From an uncultured Alphaproteobacteria bacterium (GTDB taxonomy: Bacteria; Pseudomonadota; Alphaproteobacteria; Rs-D84), in assembly GCA_944389185.1 (NCBI GenBank), contig CALXLL010000001.1, forward strand, positions 24,061-88,060: 64,000 nt of DNA, written 5' to 3'. Every line of letters starts with the position of its first letter. The first letter of the stretch is position 1. The notes below the pieces were generated by a model. It did no database searches. It saw nothing but the letters and a program-made list of their open reading frames with translations, and had not been told where the DNA came from. Shown here piece by piece: positions 39,142-48,426 of this stretch. A program made the position numbers and the translations under genes.

Positions 39142-40877
39142 ATAAATCTAAAACGGTTACAGAAAAACTTGGGGTAGCACCCGATAGGGTAATAGAAACT
39201 CTTAAAAACGCACGTATCGGTTTACAAGCGAAAACTAAGCAAACAAAACTAGGTAAAGCAGGAAAATTAACCGGCGTATCTTTCTTATGGTTGTCTGAAT
39301 ATCTAATAAGATTCATTGATACAACTTTTATAAATAATTACGTTCTTAGAAAATCTGAAAGTTTTATAAAGAATAATCCTTGGGTGGTTTCTTATCTTGC
39401 TTATTTCGCCGTTTTGTTTGGGGCAGGGGTTACTATAAAAGGCGCATTAAATAAAATATTTGATAAAAATGTAAATGATAAAGAAACAGAAACAGAAAAT
39501 ATCGCTGTTGCGTCTCCAAAGATTTCTTATATTTCACCAGAAAGACCAGATTTTATCAATAAAGCTTTTGAAGAATATTGGTTCGAAATAGCCGTCGGTT
39601 TGACGGAATTAGAAACTTATAGAGCAACACCAGCTAAACACTGGGGTGAAAAACGATATACAAATGGTTTGGGGTTGACTTGGTATTATTTTATTAATTC
39701 AGCAGGAAACTTGATTCAAACTCCGAATAATAAAAATACTGCTGCAAGATCAAAAGAAGATAATTATGATCAAGTAAAGCGCCATTTACAGTATGAGACT
39801 TTAAAATATTTAAAAAATGCCACAATCGGTAAAAAAAATATGAATGAAAGATATGCCATAGCTTTGGTCCTGGCAGGATATCAAATACCTTCGGATATGA
39901 AGCATATAGCCGCCGGTATAGAAAGCGCAAAAACAAAGCAAGATGTTGCAGATGCTTTTATGTATATCGGAAAGCAAAGTAAAAATTGGGAAGAAGGAAC
40001 TCTGAAACGTAGATGGGTGTGTGCTGCGTATGCGTTAAATCTTATAAACTCTGCCGATTTGTTGAAAATGAATCGGGATTGCTTTTCAAGAGTTGAACTG
40101 AACAGTATTGTAAGAAACGGGCATTTTTTATTGGGACCGGAAACGGTAAAATATGTTCTTAGTATGACTAACTCTAATTCCACCGTTGAAAACTTTTTAA
40201 GCGATTTTACAACTGGTAAAAGCATTTTGGCAGAAGTGCATAGTTTAAAGCAAGATAGAACCATAGATATAGAAGTCTTTAACCAGCAAGATAAGACAAT
40301 AGAAGAATCTATGGCTTTAGTTAATAAAGCAAATTATTACTTTAAACATAAAAAATATGAATCTGCTGCCGAAACTTATATACAGGCAATAGAAATAGAT
40401 CCGGATAATATGGATGCTTATACTTTGTTGGCAGAAACTTATAATATACTTGGGGCAAAGAATAATTCTATAGAATATTATGAAATGGTTACTAAAACAG
40501 TAGTAAAATGTAATACAAGAATGAATGCAAATAAGGCTTTGCTGTATGATAGAGATGTAAAAGCCGAAACTTATTATACGGCTGGTTTAGCACGTCAAGC
40601 AATGGCTGATTTATATATGCAGGAAGATAATAAAGATTTGGCACAAAAAAATTATAGATTGGCAAAAAAGAACTTTGAAACAGCAATTTATAATTGTGAA
40701 AAAGGCAGTGCAGATATAAATACTTTAAATAAATATAAAGATTCTTTAAATAAGGCTGATGATAAGTTGAAGAATAAATCTATAGCGTTTAATGCTGGAA
40801 AAGTAAAAATAAAATCTGATGTAGATGCACGAAACAGCCGTATACAAGCTTTATCTAATTTAGACAAAAGAGTATAA
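39138..40877 (+). CDS. Membrane-anchored protein with putative lysozyme-like domain and C-terminal TPRs
   Basis: One TM near aa 83-103; TPR KANYYFKHKKYESAAETYIQAIEIDPDNMDAY; ATGA overlap with mucR. Confidence 0.7.
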   Translation: MNKSKTVTEKLGVAPDRVIETLKNARIGLQAKTKQTKLGKAGKLTGVSFLWLSEYLIRFIDTTFINNYVLRKSESFIKNNPWVVSYLAYFAVLFGAGVTIKGALNKIFDKNVNDKETETENIAVASPKISYISPERPDFINKAFEEYWFEIAVGLTELETYRATPAKHWGEKRYTNGLGLTWYYFINSAGNLIQTPNNKNTAARSKEDNYDQVKRHLQYETLKYLKNATIGKKNMNERYAIALVLAGYQIPSDMKHIAAGIESAKTKQDVADAFMYIGKQSKNWEEGTLKRRWVCAAYALNLINSADLLKMNRDCFSRVELNSIVRNGHFLLGPETVKYVLSMTNSNSTVENFLSDFTTGKSILAEVHSLKQDRTIDIEVFNQQDKTIEESMALVNKANYYFKHKKYESAAETYIQAIEIDPDNMDAYTLLAETYNILGAKNNSIEYYEMVTKTVVKCNTRMNANKALLYDRDVKAETYYTAGLARQAMADLYMQEDNKDLAQKNYRLAKKNFETAIYNCEKGSADINTLNKYKDSLNKADDKLKNKSIAFNAGKVKIKSDVDARNSRIQALSNLDKRV

Positions 40878-40879
40878 AA

Positions 40880-42883
40880 ATGAAAGTTTATGTAAATATT
40901 AATGACAAAAGATGGAATAAATATAAAATTGATTTTGATAAAATCGCTAATATGGTGGCGGGAAAAAAATATTTAAATTCAGAGGTTTCTATAATCCTTA
41001 CTAATGATGAAGAAATTCAAGCGTTAAATACACAATATAGACATATTAATAAACCTACTAATGTTTTATCTTTTGAATTAAATGATGATATTTTATTAGG
41101 TGATATATATATATCTTTTGACACTGTGTATAAGGAGGCCGCTGAACAAAATATATCTTTCGTTGATCACACTGCGCATATGGTTGTTCATGGTATTTTA
41201 CATTTACTTGGTTTCGATCATCTGACAGATAAACAAGCTTTGGTAATGGAATCAAAAGAAATTAAAATATTAAAGAAACTAGGTATAAAAAATCCTTATG
41301 ATGAAAATATTTGTAAAGATGTTTCTTGTTGCCCAGGGGGAAGATTTTCTGCTTTTGTTCAAAAAATAAAAATTAAACAAGATGGTTTCTGGCAATATAT
41401 TATAATGGCATTACTTGGGGCGTTGACTTCTTTTGGTTTTGCGCCGTTTTATATGTGGTATTGTTCTGTTATTGGTATCGCAGGGGCTTATTATTTAATG
41501 ACTAGAAGAACAAAAACGAACTGGCTTAAATCGTTTTTTGCTGTTTTACCTTTTTCTGCCTTTTATTCTATATGTATGTTTTGGTGGGTTTTAAACTCTA
41601 TATATGTTGTTCCTGAACTTGCACAACAATTCGCAATATGGACGATACCCGCATTGATAGGGATTGGTTTAGTCGGCGGAATTATTTTTGCTATTCCTTT
41701 TGTTGTAATATCGTCTATGTGCACGATTCCAGCGTGTAGACCGTTTTTGTTTGCTGGAATATGGACTTTGGTTTTATGGTTGCGAGAATGGTTGTTGACA
41801 GGTTTTCCTTGGAATCCGATTGCTAATATAACCATGAAAGCACCACTTTTATCTAATTCAATGTCTTTGTGGGGCGCTTTGGGTTTGACTTTTATTATAG
41901 TTGGTATAACTGCAGCAACTGTTGAATTGGTTAAATCAAAAAAATACACAAGTGTTTTTGTTACTTATGTTATATTTTTGCTGTTGATAGTTATAGCCGT
42001 GGCTTACGGTAAATATAATATTAGAGAATCACAGATTGTGAATCAGAATGATAGTCCTTTGATTCGTGTTATACAACCAGCACAAAGTGCACAACAAAAA
42101 GCTACTCATTCAAGAAAAGAAGCTGTTTTAAATGCAGAAAGAAATATTAAAAAATTGGCAGATTTATCCATGATAGATGGTGATTATGATTTATTAGTTT
42201 TCCCGGAAACCGTGTATCCTTTTACTGTCGTTGATACTGATTTCCCTATGTCTGCGGCTTTGAAGAAAGATATTATTATCGGGGCAAATTATTATTCAGC
42301 TGGTAAGTTTTATAACTCTATGTTAATAGCAGATAAAAACGGTTTTATAAGTCATATATACAGTAAATCACATCTGGTTCCGTTCGGTGAATATAGACCT
42401 TTGGGTGATTTAATACCAACGCCTGGGCAATTATCACAAGGAAATGGTGCCGAGATAATAAACATTGATATTAATGGTAATACTTTTTCTTTCGCGCCTG
42501 CAATTTGTTATGAAATAATATTTTCTGATTCTATTTTGCCTGACGGGAAAATACCAGATGCTATCGTTAATATAACAAATGATACGTGGTTTGGTAAAAC
42601 GCCCGGTGTATATCAACATTTAGATATGGTGCGTAGATATGCAATAGAATCTGGTGTGCCGATAATTAGGGCCAATTATTCCGGTATAAGTGCCTTCATA
42701 GCTTCGGATGGCAGCGTGATTTCTTATCTTCCGGTCGGAGAAGAGGGCGTTTTAGACGGCTTCGTCTGGGGAAGTCATGAAACTTTATACCATAAAATCG
42801 GAAGAAATGGTTGGTTAATAATTATTCTTTCGTTTGCTTGTATTTGTTCAATATCCATATACGGATTGCGGAAGAAAGGTTAG
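40880..42883 (+). CDS. lnt: YbeY endoribonuclease - apolipoprotein N-acyltransferase (Lnt) fusion
   Basis: N-term YR..NKPTNVLSF, LGDIYI, HMVVHGILHLLGFDH; C-term GFPWN, FPE, KSHLVPFGEY, ICYEIIF, TNDTWFG, RANYSGIS. Confidence 0.92.
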   Translation: MKVYVNINDKRWNKYKIDFDKIANMVAGKKYLNSEVSIILTNDEEIQALNTQYRHINKPTNVLSFELNDDILLGDIYISFDTVYKEAAEQNISFVDHTAHMVVHGILHLLGFDHLTDKQALVMESKEIKILKKLGIKNPYDENICKDVSCCPGGRFSAFVQKIKIKQDGFWQYIIMALLGALTSFGFAPFYMWYCSVIGIAGAYYLMTRRTKTNWLKSFFAVLPFSAFYSICMFWWVLNSIYVVPELAQQFAIWTIPALIGIGLVGGIIFAIPFVVISSMCTIPACRPFLFAGIWTLVLWLREWLLTGFPWNPIANITMKAPLLSNSMSLWGALGLTFIIVGITAATVELVKSKKYTSVFVTYVIFLLLIVIAVAYGKYNIRESQIVNQNDSPLIRVIQPAQSAQQKATHSRKEAVLNAERNIKKLADLSMIDGDYDLLVFPETVYPFTVVDTDFPMSAALKKDIIIGANYYSAGKFYNSMLIADKNGFISHIYSKSHLVPFGEYRPLGDLIPTPGQLSQGNGAEIINIDINGNTFSFAPAICYEIIFSDSILPDGKIPDAIVNITNDTWFGKTPGVYQHLDMVRRYAIESGVPIIRANYSGISAFIASDGSVISYLPVGEEGVLDGFVWGSHETLYHKIGRNGWLIIILSFACICSISIYGLRKKG

Positions 42884-43034
42884 TCTTGTTATCACGCTTT
42901 TCATCTATGTCACAAACTATCGCTGCAATAGATTTATTCTCTGTTGTGGCGATTTCTTTTAAAGAGTCTATAAACTCTTGCTCTAATGAAATGCTTGTTT
43001 GGTGACCGTATAAAGATACTGATATTTTCTTCAT
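42822..43034 (-). CDS. Ribbon-helix-helix domain protein (RHH_4-like)
   Basis: SVSLYGHQTSISLE.EF...LKEIA...NLSSAIR; start probably 43034. Confidence 0.85.
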   Translation of the reverse strand: MKKISVSLYGHQTSISLEQEFIDSLKEIATTENKSIAAIVCDIDEKRDNKTNLSSAIRIWILNKYKQTKE

Positions 43035-43044
43035 ATAACAATTA

Positions 43045-43479
43045 TTAAAACTTTCCGGCAATTAAGCAATCAATTATTGCTTGCTGCGGATTCGTATACG
43101 TTTTTAAAGGCTTTAGGTTAAGGTTGTTTCTCATTGTGCAAACACCAAACGAATCGCAAGAAAACCAAAATAAATCATTACGACCAAAAACAGTATTCCC
43201 TCGCATACCTTGAATTGTTGATATGTCTTCGTTTACTTGTAATATGTTGGGAATAAAAAAGCCTGATTTAAATGATATTTCATTTGGTCCAAATATATAA
43301 CCGTTACCAAGATTTATTCCACCGGTTATTTTATATAAATCTATCAAAAAAGCCGGAAGCATTGCAGCAAAAATATTTTGCAGAGAATTATTTGCAAGCG
43401 TTATTGTGTTTATGTTTGCAGCAGGTGCAAATAAAGCATTTTGGTCTTTTAATTTGTTTACTAGTTCTTGCGGCGTCAT
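43045..43479 (-). CDS. SMI1/KNR4 (SUKH)-like protein
   Basis: PAANINTI...LPAFLIDLYKITGG...YIFG...VFGRNDLFWFSCD resembles the SUKH pattern; start probably MTPQ at 43479. Confidence 0.55.
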   Translation of the reverse strand: MTPQELVNKLKDQNALFAPAANINTITLANNSLQNIFAAMLPAFLIDLYKITGGINLGNGYIFGPNEISFKSGFFIPNILQVNEDISTIQGMRGNTVFGRNDLFWFSCDSFGVCTMRNNLNLKPLKTYTNPQQAIIDCLIAGKF

Positions 43480-43480
43480 T

Positions 43481-43981
43481 TTATTCCATTCCTCTGCCTG
43501 CTGCAAGTTGTGCAGCTATTTGACTAAGTCTATCTTCTGTTGCATTACCTCCATCACCTCCAGACGCTGTATGTGCTGGAATATAAATCTTTTTTGCTGG
43601 ATTCGGTAACCATATAATAGGTTTTTCAGACTGTTCTATTATAAATCTGTCCATGTTGTAGGAGTGAGGAAAAGTTTTACACATAAACATATTTTCTGAA
43701 TCTATTTTCCCACCCCATAATATCGGTATCCTGAATCTTATAGATAGATTGTTCGGTATGCTGGTTCCCATAAGAAGCCCGATAAATTCGTCTTGTGAAA
43801 GATTTAGCATCGCAAGTTCTTGAACCGAATCGGATAAACCTTGTATGAATTCTTTACATGCTTTTTTATATTCCTTAAACCAATCAGAACTAAGGCTGTT
43901 TGGACGAGGCTGAAATTGCATAATGGGCAAATCGTCCATTCGTAAATCTGCTAATCGTCTTTCAGCATCTTTTTTTTCCAT
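43481..43981 (-). CDS. Hypothetical protein, degenerate HNH toxin-like
   Basis: PNNLSIRFRIPILWGGKIDSENMF resembles P.G..VHH..PL..GG.N...NL with the His residues lost. Confidence 0.5.
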   Translation of the reverse strand: MEKKDAERRLADLRMDDLPIMQFQPRPNSLSSDWFKEYKKACKEFIQGLSDSVQELAMLNLSQDEFIGLLMGTSIPNNLSIRFRIPILWGGKIDSENMFMCKTFPHSYNMDRFIIEQSEKPIIWLPNPAKKIYIPAHTASGGDGGNATEDRLSQIAAQLAAGRGME

Positions 43982-43985
43982 TTGT

Positions 43986-44861
43986 CTAGCCTCGATTTAT
44001 AAAGTCTATCACAACATTTATATATTCTGAAAATGCGTTAAAAGTCTCTAATTCGTCTTTATCTGTGGGCGTCGGATCCGCAGGGTTAGACTTTATGAAG
44101 TCTGCTAGCTCTGATATAGAGTTGAATATAAATATATCGTCGTTGTTATCAGTTGTATCAGATGGTTTAAATATAAAAGCATTTATGTTTATTGTTAAAT
44201 CTTCAAGACTGTCTACGAATAATTTATTTAGTTCTGTAACTGCTTGCTTCATTTCTAGCGTGGAAATGTTCTCGGCGCCCATCCATACAACTTCATTTGG
44301 GGCAATTGCAAATAAAACTGTTTTTATACCCGATATATTAGGAGTCTTTTTTATTGTGTATCCATATCTTTTAAAGATGTCTATGATATCGTCTTTTTGG
44401 GTTGTATACGATGGTTCTATTGGTAAAGTTTTTGGTGTGCTGTCGTGTATCACTGGAATATGTTGAATGGTTTGTTTTGGCAGGTTTAATTTTGGTGGTC
44501 GTATATCGCTGTATGAAGATGTGGGTGTGGACTGCAAAGTTTTTTCTTCGTTGATATCTGTGTTTTCTTTATCTTTGGTTTGGTTTGAAGTGTTTGTTGC
44601 TGATGCAAAGTTTATTTTTCTAAATCTTGGTCTTATTATAATATACAAACCAAGTAATGTTATTAATGTTGCAATCGCTAAAGAGATATAAAAAGACACA
44701 TTTACGGAATTATTGGTTGCTTGTAGTTGCGCCAGGTATGACCAATGCGCACCAGAAAATAAGTCAAAACCAAATCTTATGTTAAACCAAAAGCTTGTAG
44801 CTAAAACTGCTGCAAGCAGCCAAAGTATACCAAGTAAAAAGTTATCTATTCTTTTTTTCAT
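43986..44861 (-). CDS. Two-TM membrane protein with Pro/Thr-rich linker and cytoplasmic domain
   Basis: Two N-terminal hydrophobic helices, low-complexity linker, alpha/beta C-terminal domain. Confidence 0.75.
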   Translation of the reverse strand: MKKRIDNFLLGILWLLAAVLATSFWFNIRFGFDLFSGAHWSYLAQLQATNNSVNVSFYISLAIATLITLLGLYIIIRPRFRKINFASATNTSNQTKDKENTDINEEKTLQSTPTSSYSDIRPPKLNLPKQTIQHIPVIHDSTPKTLPIEPSYTTQKDDIIDIFKRYGYTIKKTPNISGIKTVLFAIAPNEVVWMGAENISTLEMKQAVTELNKLFVDSLEDLTININAFIFKPSDTTDNNDDIFIFNSISELADFIKSNPADPTPTDKDELETFNAFSEYINVVIDFINRG

Positions 44862-44904
44862 TTGGTTTTAATTATATCATATTTATGATAAACTATAAAG
44901 CGTT

Positions 44905-45579
44905 ATGATAAACTATGATTACATTTTGCAAGATTTTCCCTTTGTTAAAGCGGCTTGGGCAAAGCAGATAGATGATGATATGGATTTAGCACGAATCGCT
45001 GATTCGGCTTTGCAAAATAAAATTGCTGACCTGTCGGTTCAGCCGGAATACGTGTCTAAGTTATGGGCATGGTTAGAAAATAAAAAAGTAAAAATTATTG
45101 CTAGGTTTTATGCAGAAAATATAAAAAAAAATACAGAAAATAATATTTCTTTGTTAACCGAAAATATTAATGCTTGTTTTAAGCAAGGGGCCGACGGGGT
45201 TCAGGTTTTTATAAAGAAAAATGATGTTTCTGTTTTCGCGGATCAATTATGCTTAATTCGTGATGATTTGTTTTTTAACAAAACGCTTTCCATAGGTTTA
45301 AATCTATCAGATTTGTATACTGCAGATTTAAAATCTTTATTTATTTCGTTAAAAAAAATAAAAGCCGATTCGTTGCTTCTTGTTCTGACAAAAGACGAAG
45401 GTGATAAGTCTGATTTTGTTGGAAGAGTATATGGGATTCTTTCTTCTTGGGATGACGAATTTTATGGTGCTTTGCATTTTGTAATTGGCGATAACTCAGT
45501 TAGAGTCGAACAAGTAATAAGATTGGTTCAAAAGGTTCGACCAGAGCTTTTACAAAAAATAAGATTTTTTATGAGTTAG
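44905..45579 (+). CDS. Hypothetical protein, possible degenerate DeoC-like TIM barrel
   Basis: LSVQPEYV and ACFKQGADGVQVFI recall aldolase barrel strands; low certainty. Confidence 0.6.
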   Translation: MINYDYILQDFPFVKAAWAKQIDDDMDLARIADSALQNKIADLSVQPEYVSKLWAWLENKKVKIIARFYAENIKKNTENNISLLTENINACFKQGADGVQVFIKKNDVSVFADQLCLIRDDLFFNKTLSIGLNLSDLYTADLKSLFISLKKIKADSLLLVLTKDEGDKSDFVGRVYGILSSWDDEFYGALHFVIGDNSVRVEQVIRLVQKVRPELLQKIRFFMS

Positions 45580-45608
45580 TATTCTTGTATATACAGCTTG
45601 TATATACA

Positions 45609-46244
45609 TTAAATCTGGGGTTTTTCAAATATTAAGTATTTTGGATGGTTTGTTTCTGCCATGTTCTTTCTTTGATATCTTGTTTGAATTGTGTGTAGGT
45701 CTGGTTCTGAAAATGTTAAACCTGATTTAGTCGCTTTTTCTTTTATCCAATCAAAATATCCCCAGTGGTCTGTGCCTATGATTATTTGACCAGAAGGTGC
45801 CAGCCTGTTTAATAAGAGCTTTATAAAATCTGGTTGTAAAAGACGCCTTTTTTCATGTCTTGCTTTTGGCCATGGGTCTGGGTGTAAAATCCATATTTCT
45901 TCAAAGAGATATTGCGAATCGATAAGAATCTGTCTTACGTCATCTGGCCAAATCCTGATGTTTTTATATTGTGGCAAGATACCGTTTCTTTCGTCTGTAA
46001 TTGCAGAAAGCAGGGCAGCAACACCATTTACGAAAGGTTCGGCACCAATAATGGTCTTGTTTGGGTGTTCTAAGGCAAGCGTGCGAAGGTGTTCGCCGGC
46101 ACCAAAGCCTATTTCTAGTATTAAGTTTTTTTCTTTAGATGTCGGTAAAATGTTTGGTAAAACATTTTCAATCAGCCATAGTTTTCTGGCGGATAGCTTT
46201 TTACCATGTCTGCGTCCAAATGTTCTTATTTCTTGTTTTTCCAT
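45609..46244 (-). CDS. trmB: tRNA (guanine-N7)-methyltransferase TrmB
   Basis: LEIGFGAGEHL, GAEP, PDPWPKARHEKRRL, TD, TRYQRK. Confidence 0.96.
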   Translation of the reverse strand: MEKQEIRTFGRRHGKKLSARKLWLIENVLPNILPTSKEKNLILEIGFGAGEHLRTLALEHPNKTIIGAEPFVNGVAALLSAITDERNGILPQYKNIRIWPDDVRQILIDSQYLFEEIWILHPDPWPKARHEKRRLLQPDFIKLLLNRLAPSGQIIIGTDHWGYFDWIKEKATKSGLTFSEPDLHTIQTRYQRKNMAETNHPKYLIFEKPQI

Positions 46245-46291
46245 ATTATTAGTATAAAATTGAAAAAAGCATAAAACAAGGAATTAAAAAA

Positions 46292-46843
46292 ATGGTAGAT
46301 TTTCCAAAAAGGATAAAATCAGATGGTTTTTGGCTTGAAAAGGTAAAACCAACTTTTGAAGTTGCTAATCATTTATTTAATATCGTGAAAAATCAGAGGG
46401 CTTATTTGGCAAAGTGGTTAGAATGGGTTGATTTTTCAAATAGCCCGGAAGATATGTATCCACATCTGTTAAAATCTTCGCAAACCAATAATGCAAATTA
46501 CTATATTGTTTTGAATAAAGAAGTTATAGGTGCTATTAGTTTTGTTAATTTTTCAGAAAAAAATAAAATTGCAGAAATTGGTTATTGGTTGTCTTTTACT
46601 TATAATGGTAAAGGCATAATGACAAAGGCTGTTAAAACTTTGGAAGATTATGGTTTTCAAAAATTAAAGTTAAATAGAATCGAAATAAGGGCTGATATTG
46701 AAAATAAAAAATCATGGAAAGTTCCTGTTAGGGCAGGTTATAAAAAAGAAGGTATACTTAGACAGTCTTATATGTTGCGTGGCGAAGCACGTGATATAAT
46801 TGTTTATTCAAAATTGAAATCGGAATGGGAAAAAGGGAAATAA
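46292..46843 (+). CDS. GNAT acetyltransferase, RimJ/RimL family
   Basis: AEIGYWL...GKGIMT, LNRIEI, N.KS..VP.R.G..KEG.LR. Confidence 0.9.
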   Translation: MVDFPKRIKSDGFWLEKVKPTFEVANHLFNIVKNQRAYLAKWLEWVDFSNSPEDMYPHLLKSSQTNNANYYIVLNKEVIGAISFVNFSEKNKIAEIGYWLSFTYNGKGIMTKAVKTLEDYGFQKLKLNRIEIRADIENKKSWKVPVRAGYKKEGILRQSYMLRGEARDIIVYSKLKSEWEKGK

Positions 46844-46845
46844 AA

Positions 46846-48426
46846 ATGCGTAAAGGTTTGTCAGCAGATTTGATTAGTCGTGTGCTGGGTGGGGCACCAA
46901 AATATACTTTGGCAGAATTAGAAGCAAAGTATCCACCGCGTGATTTGCCAGATGGCGCTTTTGTTACGCGTTTTGCACCCAGCCCAACCGGATATATGCA
47001 TATTGGTGGTGTGTATCAAGCTTTGATTGATTATAAGTTAGCTCAACAATCTGGCGGTGTTTTTATGCTTCGTATAGAAGATACAGATACTAAACGTGAA
47101 GTAAAAGATGCTGTTAAAGTTATCGAAGATTCTATGCATAGATTTGGTTTTGAATACGACGATAAAGAACAGTATGGACCTTATTTTCAATCTGAAAGAA
47201 AAGATATTTACCATAGTATTGCAGCCGATTTGCTGGCTCGTGGGTTAGCTTATCCTTGCTTTTTGACCGCAGAAGAAATGGAAAAAATTCGTGAAAATCA
47301 AAAAGCTGCAGGATTCCCAACCGGTATTTATGGTGAATTTGCACGTGACCGCGATATTTCAGAAGAAGAGATAGTTCGTCATTTGGATGCCGGTGAAGTT
47401 CCTTCTATTCGTTTGTATTCAATGGGTAACCCAGAAAATAAGATTTTTTGCAAAGACGCTGTTCGTGGCTCTATTGGGTTTCCAGAAAATAACGAAGATA
47501 TAGTTTTAATAAAATCAAATGACGGTTTACCAACATACCATTTCGCTCATTTATGTGACGACCACTTTATGCGCACAACGCACGTTGTTCGTGGTGAAGA
47601 GTGGCTGCCTTCATTCCCGCTGCATACACAACTTTTTCGTATGATGGGCTGGCAACAACCTTTATATATTCATACTGCAACTATTGACAAAATTGATCCA
47701 GAAACGGGTAAACAAAGAAAGTTATCAAAACGTCACGACCCAGAAGCTAATGTAGTGTTTTTCTTGGCGGATGGTTGGCCCGTTAAAGCAATTATAGATT
47801 ATCTGGGTAATATAGCTGCTTCTGGATACGAAGAAGCAAAGGTAAAAGGGCAGGTTAAATCTTTTTGGGATTTTGAATTGCGTCCAAAGAAAATACCTAT
47901 GTCTGGCGTTCTTTTTGATATGAAAAAGCTAGAGTGGTGGGCAAAAGAGTATATCGGGACGTTGCCTGTTGATGAATTGGTAAAATATGTTCGTGATTGG
48001 GCGAATGAATATGATGCGCAATGGGCGGCTCGAATCGCGATTTCTCCAGAATATTTGAAAAACATATTGGCGATTGAACGAGATAATCCAAAACGTATCC
48101 GTAAAGACTTCATTACTTGGAAGCAAACTTTGCAGGAAGTATCTTACTTCTGGGACGATTTGTATGTGCCGAACGCAGAATATGAATTTAATAAAGATGT
48201 ATTAAACGCATTTTTAGAAAACTTTGATATCTGTGATGATAAAGACGCTTGGTGGGCAAAAATCGTAGAAATTGCGAATCGCTTTGGTGTTAAAAATGGT
48301 GACGTTGCTATGAATTTGCGCGTTGCTTTGTCGGGACGCACCAATACACCAGACTTGTATTCTATTATGCAGGTTATGGGTAAAGACAGAGTTATTGGAC
48401 GCATAAAGGATATAATAAATGGTTAA
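46846..48426 (+). CDS. gltX: Glutamyl-tRNA synthetase
   Basis: TRFAPSPTGYMHIG, LRIEDTD, PTYHFA, HVVRGEEW, KLSKR. Confidence 0.95.
   Translation: MRKGLSADLISRVLGGAPKYTLAELEAKYPPRDLPDGAFVTRFAPSPTGYMHIGGVYQALIDYKLAQQSGGVFMLRIEDTDTKREVKDAVKVIEDSMHRFGFEYDDKEQYGPYFQSERKDIYHSIAADLLARGLAYPCFLTAEEMEKIRENQKAAGFPTGIYGEFARDRDISEEEIVRHLDAGEVPSIRLYSMGNPENKIFCKDAVRGSIGFPENNEDIVLIKSNDGLPTYHFAHLCDDHFMRTTHVVRGEEWLPSFPLHTQLFRMMGWQQPLYIHTATIDKIDPETGKQRKLSKRHDPEANVVFFLADGWPVKAIIDYLGNIAASGYEEAKVKGQVKSFWDFELRPKKIPMSGVLFDMKKLEWWAKEYIGTLPVDELVKYVRDWANEYDAQWAARIAISPEYLKNILAIERDNPKRIRKDFITWKQTLQEVSYFWDDLYVPNAEYEFNKDVLNAFLENFDICDDKDAWWAKIVEIANRFGVKNGDVAMNLRVALSGRTNTPDLYSIMQVMGKDRVIGRIKDIING

Noticed and set aside
45586-45608. 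Inverted repeat TGTATATACA-GCT-TGTATATACA
   Set aside because: Lies between convergent stop codons; most simply a weak terminator hairpin
46245-46845. Searched for a Glu-rich leader before gltX
   Set aside because: gltX starts 2 nt after the GNAT stop, and the 47-nt gap before the GNAT gene has no such uORF
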